Shown: positions 18,152 through 27,954, counted from the stretch's first letter. The stretch: DNA of 64,000 nucleotides from an uncultured Collinsella sp. (GCA_947001545.1 CAMQHB010000001.1:22446-86445); one strand, 5' to 3'. Numbers and translations: made by a program. The notes: generated by a model from the letters alone, not told the origin.

Positions 18152-20902
18152 GTGAGCGATTGCAAGAGGGTTTACCGTTTTGGAACCGACGCCCAGGGCA
18201 CCTGTGTCACCGAGGGCGACAAGTCCATGAACTTCGTGCTTGGTGGCAAGGGCGCTAACCTTGCCGAGATGAGCCGTATCGGCCTGCCGGTTCCCGGTGG
18301 CTTTACCATTACCTGCCAGACTTGCGTCGAGTACTCCGGTGCCGGCAACGTGTGGCCCGAGGGCGCACTCGATGAGATCGTTGCCGCCGAGGCGGACCTC
18401 GAGGCCCGCTGCGGCAAGAAGCTCGGCGACGCCTCCGATTCGCTGCTCGTGTCGGTTCGTTCGGGCGCTCCGTTCTCCATGCCCGGTATGATGGACACGG
18501 TCCTCAACTTGGGCCTCAATGACGATTCCGTCCAGGGCCTCATCGCGCAGACGCAGAACCCGCGTTTTGCTTGGGATAGCTACCGCCGCTTTATCCAGAT
18601 GTTTTCCAATGTCGTCATGGGCGTTGACGCCGACCTGTTCGAGAACGCCCTGACCCAGGCCCGTCTGGTCGCCGGCGTTCGCGTCGATTCCGAGCTTTCG
18701 GCCGAGGACCTGCAGGAACTCGTCGAGACCTTTAAGGGCATCTTCTCCGAGAACGTCGATGCCTCCCTGTATCCCGAGCTCGAGGTCGCTGACGGCAAGC
18801 CCGTTTTCCCGCACGACCCGGAGCTTCAGCTACGCCTTGCAATTCAGGCCGTCTTTGGCAGCTGGATGAACGAGCGTGCCTGCATCTACCGCAAGCAGCA
18901 TGGCATTTCCGACGACCTCGGCACCGCCGTCAACGTGCAGGCCATGGCCTTTGGCAACAAGGGCGAGACCTCTGCGACAGGCGTCGCCTTTACGCGTAAT
19001 CCGGCCGACGGCACCAAGGAGTTCTACGGTGACTTTTTGGTTAATGCTCAGGGCGAGGACGTCGTCGCCGGTATCCGCAACACCGAGCCTATCGCCGACC
19101 TCAAGACCACCCCGGGCCTCGAGTCCGCAGGTGAGGAGCTCGAGCGCGTGTTCCTGACGCTCGAGGATCATTACCGCGATATGTGCGATATCGAGTTCAC
19201 CATCGAGCAGGGCAAGCTCTGGATGCTCCAGACCCGCGTGGGCAAGCGTACCGCCACCGCCGCCCTGCGCATCGCTATCGAAATGGTCGAGGAAGGCCTG
19301 ATCACCCGCGAAGAGGCCGTGAGCCGCATCGATCCCGCGCAACTCGACCAGCTCCTTCACCCGCAGTTTGACGCCTCCAAGATGTACGAGGCTCTCGCCA
19401 GCGGTCTTAATGCCAGCCCCGGTGCCGCCGTGGGCGAGGTCGTGTTCTCGAGCGACGACGCCGTCGCGCGTTCCGCCGAGGGTCACAAGGTCATTCTGGT
19501 TCGTTGGGAGACCAACCCCGACGACCTGAAGGGCATGGTCGCCGCCGAGGGCATCCTGACCAGCCACGGTGGCAAGACGAGCCATGCCGCCGTTATCGCC
19601 CGCGGCATGGGTACGCCCTGCGTCTGCGGCGTTGAGCGCTTCCACATCGACGCCGCCGAGAAGGTCGTGCGCATCGAGGGCAGCGACCGCGTATTGCACG
19701 AGGGCGATGTCATCTCCATCGACGGCACCCAGGGCATCGTCGTCGATGGTCCCGTCGACCTGGTCTCCGCCGAGCTTACCGGCGACCTGGACACCATCCT
19801 GTCCTGGGCCGACGAGATTCGCCTGGACGAGACCTGTGGCCATGCCAACCATGTGCGCGTCAACGCCGACAATCCTGAGGATGCCGAGCTCGCCCTCGAG
19901 TTTGGCGCCGAGGCCATTGGCCTGTGCCGCACCGAGCACATGTTCCTGGGCGACCGCAAGAACATCATCCAGAGCTTTATCCTGTCTGACGATGAGGCCG
20001 TGAAGCAGCAGGCCCTGGCCGACCTGCTCAAGGTTCAGACCGAGGACTTCCTGGCGATGTTCAAGACCATGTCCGGTCGCGATGTGGTCGTCCGCCTGCT
20101 CGATCCGCCGCTTCATGAGTTCCTGGATAATCCTCGCGAGCTCGAGGTCGCCATCACCAAGAAGGAAGCCGCCGGCGCCAGCGAGGAAGAGCTTGCAGCC
20201 CTGCGCGCCCGCCTGCGTCGTATCGACGGCATGGTCGAGTCGAACCCCATGCTCGGCCTGCGCGGCGTTCGCCTGTCCGTCGTCTTTAGCGATCTGCCAC
20301 TCATGCAGGTTCGCGCCGTCGCCACGGCTGCTGCCCGCCTTATCAAGGAGGGCGTCGACCCGCGACCCGAGATCATGGTTCCGCTCGTCTCCATCACGGC
20401 GGAGCATGTCCAGACCCGCGAGGTCATCGAGCGGGTAATCGCCGAGGTTTCTGCCGAGGAGGGCGTCGAGCTCAATATTCCCGTGGGCACGATGCTCGAG
20501 CTGCCACGCGCCTGCATGGTCGCTGACGAGATCGCGCATCATGCCGACTTCTTCTGCTTTGGCACCAACGACCTCACCCAGACCACCTTCGGCTTCTCTC
20601 GTGACGATGCCGAGGCTAAGTTCATCCCGCTGTACATGCACAAGAAGATCTTGAAGGACAACCCCTTCGAGACCATTGACACGGCGGTGCTCGAGCTGGT
20701 GCGCATGGCCGTCGAGAAGGGCCGCGCCACCAACCCCGACATGCACTTTGGCGTGTGCGGCGAGCACGGCGGCGACCCCAAGTCCATCAAGGGTCTGTTT
20801 AATGTGGCCGACGTGGACTACGTGTCCTGCTCGCCCTACCGCGTGCCCCTCGCACGCCTGGCTGCCGCCCAGGCCAAGCTCGAGGCGAAGCGCTCCGCCT
20901 AA
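18152..20902 (+). CDS. ppdK: pyruvate, phosphate dikinase
   Basis: Motifs seen: GGKGANLAEM, TSHGGKTSHAAVIARGMG (phospho-His) and GLCRTEHMF...FFCFGTNDLTQ. The likely GTG start at 18152 is preceded by ggaagggga. The ORF-track start is 18131. Confidence 0.95.
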   Translation: MSDCKRVYRFGTDAQGTCVTEGDKSMNFVLGGKGANLAEMSRIGLPVPGGFTITCQTCVEYSGAGNVWPEGALDEIVAAEADLEARCGKKLGDASDSLLVSVRSGAPFSMPGMMDTVLNLGLNDDSVQGLIAQTQNPRFAWDSYRRFIQMFSNVVMGVDADLFENALTQARLVAGVRVDSELSAEDLQELVETFKGIFSENVDASLYPELEVADGKPVFPHDPELQLRLAIQAVFGSWMNERACIYRKQHGISDDLGTAVNVQAMAFGNKGETSATGVAFTRNPADGTKEFYGDFLVNAQGEDVVAGIRNTEPIADLKTTPGLESAGEELERVFLTLEDHYRDMCDIEFTIEQGKLWMLQTRVGKRTATAALRIAIEMVEEGLITREEAVSRIDPAQLDQLLHPQFDASKMYEALASGLNASPGAAVGEVVFSSDDAVARSAEGHKVILVRWETNPDDLKGMVAAEGILTSHGGKTSHAAVIARGMGTPCVCGVERFHIDAAEKVVRIEGSDRVLHEGDVISIDGTQGIVVDGPVDLVSAELTGDLDTILSWADEIRLDETCGHANHVRVNADNPEDAELALEFGAEAIGLCRTEHMFLGDRKNIIQSFILSDDEAVKQQALADLLKVQTEDFLAMFKTMSGRDVVVRLLDPPLHEFLDNPRELEVAITKKEAAGASEEELAALRARLRRIDGMVESNPMLGLRGVRLSVVFSDLPLMQVRAVATAAARLIKEGVDPRPEIMVPLVSITAEHVQTREVIERVIAEVSAEEGVELNIPVGTMLELPRACMVADEIAHHADFFCFGTNDLTQTTFGFSRDDAEAKFIPLYMHKKILKDNPFETIDTAVLELVRMAVEKGRATNPDMHFGVCGEHGGDPKSIKGLFNVADVDYVSCSPYRVPLARLAAAQAKLEAKRSA

Positions 20903-20941
20903 CGTTTTGGGTTCAGACGCCTAACGTAGCCCCCCCTCATG

Positions 20942-20969
20942 CCGTCCGTCTCATTCGTGAGGCGGACGG
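20942..20969 (+). terminator. hairpin downstream of ppdK
   Basis: ccgtccgtctca-ttcg-tgaggcggacgg forms a 12-bp stem with one G-U pair. The U-tract is weak or displaced. Confidence 0.4.
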
Positions 20970-21112
20970 TTATCATGTGCGGGTTTTGTCTTTTTGTCTG
21001 CGTAAAAAATTGTTCTTGCAGCAGAAACCCGCGCGTGTATACTCGAATACGTTTGTTCAACTACGTGCCGGCCAGAGTGGTACGGCACCTCTAGAAGAGT
21101 AAGGAATTGCAC

Positions 21113-21454
21113 ATGGATTACATCCGCGCAATCGAGCGTCAGCAGATCCGCGAGGACATTCCTCAGGTTCGCGTCGCCGACAACGTCAAGGTTCACTACC
21201 GCATTAAGGAAGGCGACCGCGAGCGCATCCAGGTCTTCCAGGGCGACGTCATCCGCATGGCCGGCGCCGGTGCCCGCGAGACCTTCACCGTCCGCAAGAT
21301 GTCCTTCGGTGTCGGTGTTGAGCGTACCTTCCCGCTTCACAGCCCCAAGATCGCCAAGCTCGAGGTCGTTCGTCATGGTCGCGTCCGTCGCGCCAAGCTG
21401 TACTACCTCCGCGACAAGGTGGGCAAGGCTGCTCGCATCCCCGAGAAGCGCTAA
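21113..21454 (+). CDS. rplS: 50S ribosomal protein L19
   Basis: Motifs seen: FQGDVIRM...[21 protein letters not shown] and AKLYYLR. Confidence 0.95.
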   Translation: MDYIRAIERQQIREDIPQVRVADNVKVHYRIKEGDRERIQVFQGDVIRMAGAGARETFTVRKMSFGVGVERTFPLHSPKIAKLEVVRHGRVRRAKLYYLRDKVGKAARIPEKR

Positions 21455-21488
21455 GAAGATCGCAGCGTCTGTCCACTCGTTTGGACGT

Positions 21489-21519
21489 AAGGGTCACCTT
21501 CGGGTGGCCCTTCTTTTTA
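21489..21519 (+). terminator. intrinsic terminator after rplS
   Basis: The hairpin aagggtcacc-ttcg-ggtggccctt is followed by ctttttat. Confidence 0.7.
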
Positions 21520-21547
21520 TCTGATTTGCATGCAAGGAGGGCCTGGT

Positions 21548-22336
21548 ATGGCCAATATGACGAGCTCGGTTTCGGCATCGCAGGTTGCCGGAGAGCTGGC
21601 GAGCGCAACGTTTGAGGAGATCCCCGCCCTCGTGGAGCATTATCGCGAGGACCCGCGCCAGCAGGTGATCAAGGCTTGTGAACGCGCCCTCAAACGCCAT
21701 TCCAAAGAGGTTGCCGAGCGCGAGCGCGTCAATGGCATGTACGAGCTTATGCATGAGCTTGGCGGCGATGGGGTGGTCGTTGGTGTCGACGAGGTGGGCC
21801 GTGGCTCGGTAGCGGGTCCCTTAACCGTGTGTGCCGTGTGCCTTCCCATGGAGCCGCGCGTCTGGGGCATCAACGATTCCAAAAAGCTCACGCCGGCGCG
21901 CCGCGAGCTGCTCTCTGTGAAGATTGCCGAGGTGGCGACGGCGATTGGTTTTTGCCATATCGCGCCTAAGGATATCGATGAGATGGGTATGGCCCGCGCC
22001 ATCCGCGTTGCCGTCGCGGGCGCCGTGGCCGATACGGGACTTGAACCCGACTGCGTCCTCATGGATGGCAACCCCTTGGGCGCCGTTCCCAATGAGCGCG
22101 ACGTGGTGAAGGGCGATGCCAAGATCGCCTGTATCGCCGCGGCGTCCATCATGGCCAAGGTCACGCGTGATGAGATGATGGTCGAGTACGACGCCGAGTA
22201 CCCCGAGTACCATCTGGCCGAGTCGAAGGGCTATGCGAGCCCCGAGCACATCGAGGCCATTCGCAAACATGGACTTTGTCCGCTGCACCGCGTGAGCTTT
22301 TGCGGAAACTTTCTGCAGACTGAGCGCCTTTTCTAG
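21548..22336 (+). CDS. rnhB: ribonuclease HII with N-terminal extension
   Basis: Motifs seen: VGVDEVGRGSVAGPL, DSKKLT and AASIMAKVTRD. An AAGGAGG site lies 7 nt upstream of the ATG at 21548. Confidence 0.92.
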   Translation: MANMTSSVSASQVAGELASATFEEIPALVEHYREDPRQQVIKACERALKRHSKEVAERERVNGMYELMHELGGDGVVVGVDEVGRGSVAGPLTVCAVCLPMEPRVWGINDSKKLTPARRELLSVKIAEVATAIGFCHIAPKDIDEMGMARAIRVAVAGAVADTGLEPDCVLMDGNPLGAVPNERDVVKGDAKIACIAAASIMAKVTRDEMMVEYDAEYPEYHLAESKGYASPEHIEAIRKHGLCPLHRVSFCGNFLQTERLF

Positions 22337-22386
22337 GTCAATTGTGGAGACAGGGACCTCTGGGGTTTTATAAACCTGCTGGTAGC

Positions 22387-22427
22387 GGGCCGTATGCAAC
22401 ACCATTGCTGCGTACGGCCCGTTTTTT
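22387..22427 (+). terminator. intrinsic terminator after rnhB
   Basis: The stem gggccgtatgc...gcgtacggccc is followed by gttttttg. Confidence 0.8.
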
Positions 22428-22525
22428 GACGGCATTTGGTCAGCTTTTGGTTTGCTTCCGGTACTTACCCGCATGAAAGGTGCTCTCATCATCGGGGCAA
22501 TGCAGTGTGCGGGAAAGGAGACCCC

Positions 22526-23011
22526 ATGAGTGCCGCAAGCAAAAAGAGTAAGACGCAGCAGCTCAAGGAGTGTTGGGAAAACGGCAAGCTCGACTGCGGG
22601 GCGATGACGCCCGAGTTTATCAAGGGACTCAGTCCTCGCGAGCTGGGCATGCTGGGCGAGCTGATCACCATCGACTACTTTAACGAGCGCGGCTACACCT
22701 TGCTGGAGCAGGGTTATCGTTGCACCGAGGGCGAGGCCGACCTGGTGCTGCTCGATGAGCTCGACGATGTCGTGGTGATGGCCGAGGTCAAGACCAGACG
22801 CGTTGCGCTGGATTGCAGCACGCGGGTCTTTCCCGAGGAGGCCGTGGACGCCCAAAAGCAACGTCGCTACCGCCGCATCGCAAGTTGCTATCTCATGGAG
22901 CATTATCCGCTCAAGGCGATTCGCTTCGATGCCGTGGGCGTTACCATTCGCGGCGGGCATATCGCCGAGATCGAGCACCAGTACAACGCGTTCGATTGGC
23001 AGGTGTCGTGA
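22526..23011 (+). CDS. yraN: YraN-family (UPF0102) endonuclease-like protein
   Basis: GELITIDYFNERGYTLLEQGYRCTEGEADLVLLD...VVVMAEVKTR is the YraN core. A ggaaaggag RBS precedes the ATG at 22526. Confidence 0.85.
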   Translation: MSAASKKSKTQQLKECWENGKLDCGAMTPEFIKGLSPRELGMLGELITIDYFNERGYTLLEQGYRCTEGEADLVLLDELDDVVVMAEVKTRRVALDCSTRVFPEEAVDAQKQRRYRRIASCYLMEHYPLKAIRFDAVGVTIRGGHIAEIEHQYNAFDWQVS

Positions 23012-24534
23012 TGGCGTTCGAGACGTTTGCCGTTCACGCGGCCTGCATCCGCGGCGTCGAGGCGATTCCCGTCACGGTCGAGGTCTCGCTTGCCGGCGGC
23101 GTTCCGGGCATCCAGATGCTCGGCATACCGAGTATGGAGGTGATGGAGTCGCTCGGTCGTATTCGCTGCGCGATGCGCTCCGCCGGGTTCGAGATCCCGC
23201 GCTCGGGCATTACGGTCAATCTGGCGCCCGGCGATATCCGCAAGACCGGTAGCGGCTTTGATCTGCCCATCGCCATCGCGGTATTGGCGGCCGATGGGCA
23301 GATTCCCCGCGACAACCTCGATCGTTGTCTTATCGCCGGCGAGCTTGGCTTGGACGGTACGGTGCTTCCTGTCAAGGGCGAGGTGGCGTTTCAGTTATTG
23401 GCGCGTGATTTGGGGCTGTCCTTTATCGCCGGCAGGTCAGACCAGCATGTGCCACTCGCGGGCGTGGATTGCGGATTCATCGATCATTTGTCTCAGCTTG
23501 CTCATGGTATGGGCGATGCCGCGCGGCACTACTTGGATTCCGAGGGCGTCGAGGCGACCTTTGAGCCTGAGCTCGACTATGCCGACGTGCTGGGGCAGGA
23601 AGTCGCTAAACGCGGCATGGCGCTTGCGGCGGCAGGAGAACTCGGCTTGCTCATGATCGGGTCTCCGGGATCGGGCAAGACGATGCTCGCACGCCGTATG
23701 ACCGGCATCCTGCCCGAGCTTTCCGTTGAGGATCAGCAGGAGGCACTGTGCATCCATTCGGTTTTGGGTGAGAACATTGATGGCTTGTTGGCGGGGCACC
23801 GCCCCTTCCGCAGTCCCCACCACAGTATTTCGACCGCAGGCCTTATCGGCGGCGGGCGCCCGGTGCACCCGGGTGAGATCAGCCTTGCTCATGGCGGCGT
23901 GCTCTTTTTGGACGAGCTTGCCGAGTTTCCCACTGGCGTGCTGCAGACGCTGCGTCAGCCCATCGAGCGCGGCTACGTGAGGATCGTACGCGTCGACGGG
24001 GCTTTTACCTTCCCGTCGCGCTTTCAGCTGCTGGCTGCGGGCAATCCCTGCCCCTGCGGCTTTTTGGGCGATCGCGAGGTGCCGTGTCGCTGCTCGGCGG
24101 CGATGGTCGAGCGCTATCGGTCTAAACTGCGCGGTCCTTTGGCCGACCGTATCGACATGATGATCGATGTGACCCGTCCCGACCCTCAAGTGATTATCGA
24201 GGGTGCGGAGGGCATGTCGTCGGCCGAGTTACGTGACTACGTTGTGCGCGGTCGCGCCTTTCGCGCTTGGCGCGAATCCCGCATGGACGATGCGGATGCC
24301 GAGGCCGAGGATGACGAGACACGGTCCATTGACGGCGTCGTTTCGACCTTTGAGCTCGATGATGCGGCGGAGAAGTGTGTGCTCGGCCTGTCGAAGCGCA
24401 CGCATCTCACAGGGCGTGGCATCGTGCGCCTTGTTCGCATTGCGCGCACGATCGCAGATGTCGCCGAGAGCGAGCAGGTGACGCAGGACCACGTGCTCGA
24501 GGCGGCGATGTACCAGGGAAGGAGGGACCAATGA
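23011..24534 (+). CDS. comM: YifB/ComM family Mg-chelatase-like ATPase
   Basis: It begins MAFETFAVHAACIRGVEAIPVTVEV and has a GSPGSGKTMLARRM Walker A and GVLFLDELAEF Walker B. The ATG overlaps the yraN TGA (TGATG). Confidence 0.92.
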   Translation: MAFETFAVHAACIRGVEAIPVTVEVSLAGGVPGIQMLGIPSMEVMESLGRIRCAMRSAGFEIPRSGITVNLAPGDIRKTGSGFDLPIAIAVLAADGQIPRDNLDRCLIAGELGLDGTVLPVKGEVAFQLLARDLGLSFIAGRSDQHVPLAGVDCGFIDHLSQLAHGMGDAARHYLDSEGVEATFEPELDYADVLGQEVAKRGMALAAAGELGLLMIGSPGSGKTMLARRMTGILPELSVEDQQEALCIHSVLGENIDGLLAGHRPFRSPHHSISTAGLIGGGRPVHPGEISLAHGGVLFLDELAEFPTGVLQTLRQPIERGYVRIVRVDGAFTFPSRFQLLAAGNPCPCGFLGDREVPCRCSAAMVERYRSKLRGPLADRIDMMIDVTRPDPQVIIEGAEGMSSAELRDYVVRGRAFRAWRESRMDDADAEAEDDETRSIDGVVSTFELDDAAEKCVLGLSKRTHLTGRGIVRLVRIARTIADVAESEQVTQDHVLEAAMYQGRRDQ

Positions 24535-25466
24535 TGGCTGAGGGGACCTTCGAGCTGCATCCAGGTGACGCGTTGTATCCCGAGACCGTTTTGGAGCTTT
24601 CTGATGTACCTCAGACGCTCTATGTGCGCGGCAACCCCGAGGCGCTTTCGACGCCCGCGCTCTCCATCATCGGTGCGCGAAAGGCCTCGCCGTATGGTCT
24701 TGCCGTGGCAGAGCTTGCGGCGAAGGTGGCGGTTGAGGCGGGAGTGACGGTAGTTTCGGGCGGTGCGGTCGGTTGTGACCAGGCCTCGGGTTGGGCTGCG
24801 GTCAACGCCGGCGGCAAACACGTTGTGGTGCTGGGGACGGGCGCCGACGTGGTCTACCCGCGTTCGAGCGCGGGGCTGATTACGCGCACGCTTGATACGG
24901 GTGGCGCGGTCGTGTCGATCTCTCCGTGGGGCATGGGTCCGCGCAAGTTCGCCTTTCCGCGGCGCAATCGCGTAATCGCGGCCCTGTCGCAAGCCCTCTT
25001 TGTATCCGAGGCGGGTATGCCTTCTGGGACGTTTTCCACAGCCGAGGCTGCTATGGATTTGGGGCGCGAACTTCTTGCCGTGCCGGGGTCGATCCTATCG
25101 CCCGAGTCGCGTGGCACGAATTACCTCATTGCGAACGGTGCCTGCTGCATCGTCGACGAGGAATCTATCGAGATGGCTATCTCACGCATCTACGGAACCC
25201 TGCGCTACTCGCGCCCCGATGCTCCCGGCATTGCCGACCTGGATCCAACGCAGCAGACCGTGATGCATGCGCTCATCGCCTCTCCGCTCAAGGTCGACGA
25301 CATCGCGGCGCTCGTCTCGCTCGATGCTGTCGGCGTACTCAAACTCTTGGGTTCGCTTGAACTCGAGGGTCTTATCGAGCGCATGATAGATGGAAGGTAT
25401 GCGCCCTCCAAGTTTGCCCTTCACGCCCAGACACCCTTCGGTCACAATGGAAAACGTGTCAATTAG
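24531..25466 (+). CDS. dprA: DNA-processing protein DprA
   Basis: Motifs seen: IGARKASPYG, VVSGGAVGCDQ and FPRRNRVIAALS. It has an ATGA overlap with the comM stop. Confidence 0.92.
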   Translation: MMAEGTFELHPGDALYPETVLELSDVPQTLYVRGNPEALSTPALSIIGARKASPYGLAVAELAAKVAVEAGVTVVSGGAVGCDQASGWAAVNAGGKHVVVLGTGADVVYPRSSAGLITRTLDTGGAVVSISPWGMGPRKFAFPRRNRVIAALSQALFVSEAGMPSGTFSTAEAAMDLGRELLAVPGSILSPESRGTNYLIANGACCIVDEESIEMAISRIYGTLRYSRPDAPGIADLDPTQQTVMHALIASPLKVDDIAALVSLDAVGVLKLLGSLELEGLIERMIDGRYAPSKFALHAQTPFGHNGKRVN

Positions 25467-25480
25467 AAAGGTGTTTGCAG

Positions 25481-26818
25481 ATGCAGTTCGATCAGGTGAC
25501 AGTTATCGGTGGCGGTCTGGCGGGTTCGGAGTGCGCGATCCAGCTGGCAGATCGCGGTTTTGCCGTAAAGCTGTGCGAGATGCGCCCCCAGGTGAGCTCC
25601 CCGGCTCACCATACCGATCACCTGGCAGAGCTCGTCTGCTCGAATTCGTTTAAGTCGACCCGTCCGGATTCCGCGGCTGGTTTGCTGAAGGCCGAGCTTG
25701 AGCGCATGGGTTCAGTCCTGCTCGATTGCGCCCATCGCGCGGCTGTTCCCGCCGGTGGCGCCTTGGCGGTCGACCGCGTCAAGTTTTCCGAGCTTGTCGA
25801 GGCCGAGGTTGCCGCTCGTCCCAATATCGAGGTCGTGCACGGTGAGGTCACACAGATTCCCGAGGGTCACGTGGTCATTGCCGCGGGCCCGCTGTGTTCA
25901 CCGGCGCTGAGCGAAGAGGTTATGAAGCTCGTCGGTGGCGATGCCCTGGCATTCTTTGATGCGGCGGCGCCGATCGTCGATGCCTCCACGCTCGATATGG
26001 ACGTGCTGTTCTCGCAGTCGCGCTACGAGGAACAGGGGAGCGGCGACTATCTCAACGCTCCGCTCAACAAGGAGGAGTACGAGGCCTTTATCGAGGCGCT
26101 TACCACGGCCGACCGCGTGGTGCTCAAAGACTTTGAGGGCGGCGATCTGTTCCAAGCCTGCCAGCCTGCCGAGGAAGTTGCGCGCACCGGCAAGGACGCC
26201 ATTCGCTTTGGCGCCATGAAGCCCGTCGGCCTCACCGACCCGCGTACCGGACGTCGCCCCTGGGCGGCGATTCAGCTGCGTGCCGAGAACAAGGAGAAGA
26301 CCGCCTATAACCTGGTGGGCTTCCAGACCAACTTGACCTTTGGCGAGCAGAAGCGCGTCTTCCATATGGTGCCGGGCCTGGAGAACGCTGAGTTCTTCCG
26401 CTACGGTGTCATGCACCGCAATACCTTTGTCGACGCCCCTCACGTGCTCGATAGCACCTTTGCCGTGCCCGGTACCGGCGTGCGCCTGGCCGGTCAGATC
26501 ACCGGCACCGAGGGGTACATGGAAGCCGTGGCGACAGGTCTGCTCGCGGCGCTCAACACCTATGCCGAGGCTATCGGTGCCGCGGGCGTCGAGTTGCCGC
26601 GTGTGGGCGCCCTGGGTGCGCTCGTGGGCTATGCGACCGATCCTGCCACCGTGGGCTATCAGCCTATGCATGTCAACTTTGGCCTGGTGCCGCCACTCGA
26701 GGATGGTAAGCGCCGCAGCAAACGCGACCGCTATCAGGCTTATGCGGATCGCGCCCTCGAGGCCCTTGATGCCTACTTGGCCACGCGCTCCGACTTGTTT
26801 GGAGGCGACCGGTCATAG
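25481..26818 (+). CDS. trmFO: methylenetetrahydrofolate--tRNA-(uracil-5-)-methyltransferase TrmFO
   Basis: It has a VTVIGGGLAGSE FAD motif, plus ELVCSNSFK and GFQTNL. The ORF-track start is 25475. Confidence 0.93.
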   Translation: MQFDQVTVIGGGLAGSECAIQLADRGFAVKLCEMRPQVSSPAHHTDHLAELVCSNSFKSTRPDSAAGLLKAELERMGSVLLDCAHRAAVPAGGALAVDRVKFSELVEAEVAARPNIEVVHGEVTQIPEGHVVIAAGPLCSPALSEEVMKLVGGDALAFFDAAAPIVDASTLDMDVLFSQSRYEEQGSGDYLNAPLNKEEYEAFIEALTTADRVVLKDFEGGDLFQACQPAEEVARTGKDAIRFGAMKPVGLTDPRTGRRPWAAIQLRAENKEKTAYNLVGFQTNLTFGEQKRVFHMVPGLENAEFFRYGVMHRNTFVDAPHVLDSTFAVPGTGVRLAGQITGTEGYMEAVATGLLAALNTYAEAIGAAGVELPRVGALGALVGYATDPATVGYQPMHVNFGLVPPLEDGKRRSKRDRYQAYADRALEALDAYLATRSDLFGGDRS

Positions 26819-26892
26819 CCTTTGACCTGTACGACACCGTCGACTCGTTTATCGCCTATATCGCACGTGTTGAGGGACTTTCTCCCAACACG

Positions 26893-27735
26893 GTGACGGC
26901 CTATGGCTCGAGGCTAGAGCGCTTTGCTGTCTGGTGCGAGCGCGAGAATATTGATGCTTTCGCTGCCGACGTGCGCACCATTCGTCGCTATCTTGCCGAG
27001 CTTTCGCGTGAGCAGGTGGCTCCCCGAACGCTTGCGGCGCACCTGTCGGCTATTCGATCTCTCTATCGCTGGATGGCTGCCGAGGGGATTGTCGAGGGCG
27101 ATGCGGTCTCGGCGATCGCATCGCCCAAGCTGCCACGTGACCTGCCGGGCGTCCTTACGACCCAGCAGGTTGAGGCGCTGCTCAAGACGCCTGATACCTC
27201 GACGCCCGCGGGACTGCGCGATGCGGCGATGCTTGAGTTGCTCTATGCCTCCGGCGCGCGAATCTCGGAGCTCGCGGCGCTCAACGTGGAGTCTATTGGT
27301 TGGTCCGAGCGAACGCTGCGACTTTGGGGCAAGGGGAGCAAGGAGCGTATCGTCCCTCTGTATCGTCGCGCACTCGAGGCGACGCGTCTCTATATTGAGG
27401 AGGGGAGGCCGGAGTTGCTCGCTCAGGCAAAGCGCCGTGACCCCGCTACCGGGCCGCATTCGCTGCTTATATCGGCGCGCGGCAATCGCATGAGTGCCGC
27501 CATGCTCAGGCGGCGGTTCCATACGCTGGCGACGCTCGCCGGCATTCCGGCCGACATTGCCCCGCATGCGATGCGCCATACCTTTGCGACCGATTTGCTC
27601 GAGGGCGGTGCGGACCTGCGCTCGGTTCAAGAGCTGCTAGGTCATGCGAGCCTGTCCACGACGCAGATCTACACGCATCTCACACCCGATCGGCTCAAAC
27701 GTGCCGTGGCTCAAGCCCATCCCCGCGGCGAATAG
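26893..27735 (+). CDS. xerC: tyrosine recombinase XerC/XerD family. The start given is the first canonical start codon, and homology continues upstream to about 26821.
   Basis: It has the ARISELAAL...GKGSKERIVPL box and HAMRHTFATDLL...LLGHASLSTTQIYTH with the catalytic Tyr. See the finding on the missing start codon. Confidence 0.9.
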   Translation: MTAYGSRLERFAVWCERENIDAFAADVRTIRRYLAELSREQVAPRTLAAHLSAIRSLYRWMAAEGIVEGDAVSAIASPKLPRDLPGVLTTQQVEALLKTPDTSTPAGLRDAAMLELLYASGARISELAALNVESIGWSERTLRLWGKGSKERIVPLYRRALEATRLYIEEGRPELLAQAKRRDPATGPHSLLISARGNRMSAAMLRRRFHTLATLAGIPADIAPHAMRHTFATDLLEGGADLRSVQELLGHASLSTTQIYTHLTPDRLKRAVAQAHPRGE

Positions 27736-27954
27736 TGGCTGGGACGTCCCGCGCCGCGCTCAGGTGTGTGGTTTTGATTGCGGGTTGGCAGGAAGATGCA
27801 TTCCTGCTATCATTCATCGGGTTGCTTCACGGCAACATGTTTTTATCACGCACGCGCGGCTACTTCATACCGTGGTGCCCGGGCTTTGGTAGCACATGTC
27901 CGGGTTGGTTTTGGAGGATGACCCCGCGCGGAGGCAAACCACAGGAGGTTTAAC

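Noticed and set aside
22813-23010. 5' extensions of ORF-track entries that overlap the preceding gene. Examples are comM from 22813, dprA from 24375, tsf from 28565, ispG from 35177, pyrD from 47131, lepA from 56374, rpsT from 56002 and rpmB to 43290.
   Set aside because: The conserved N-terminus of each family begins at an internal start with a good Shine-Dalgarno sequence. The upstream parts are Arg/Pro/Cys-rich out-of-frame read-through of the neighbouring gene, or in the lepA case run through a terminator hairpin.
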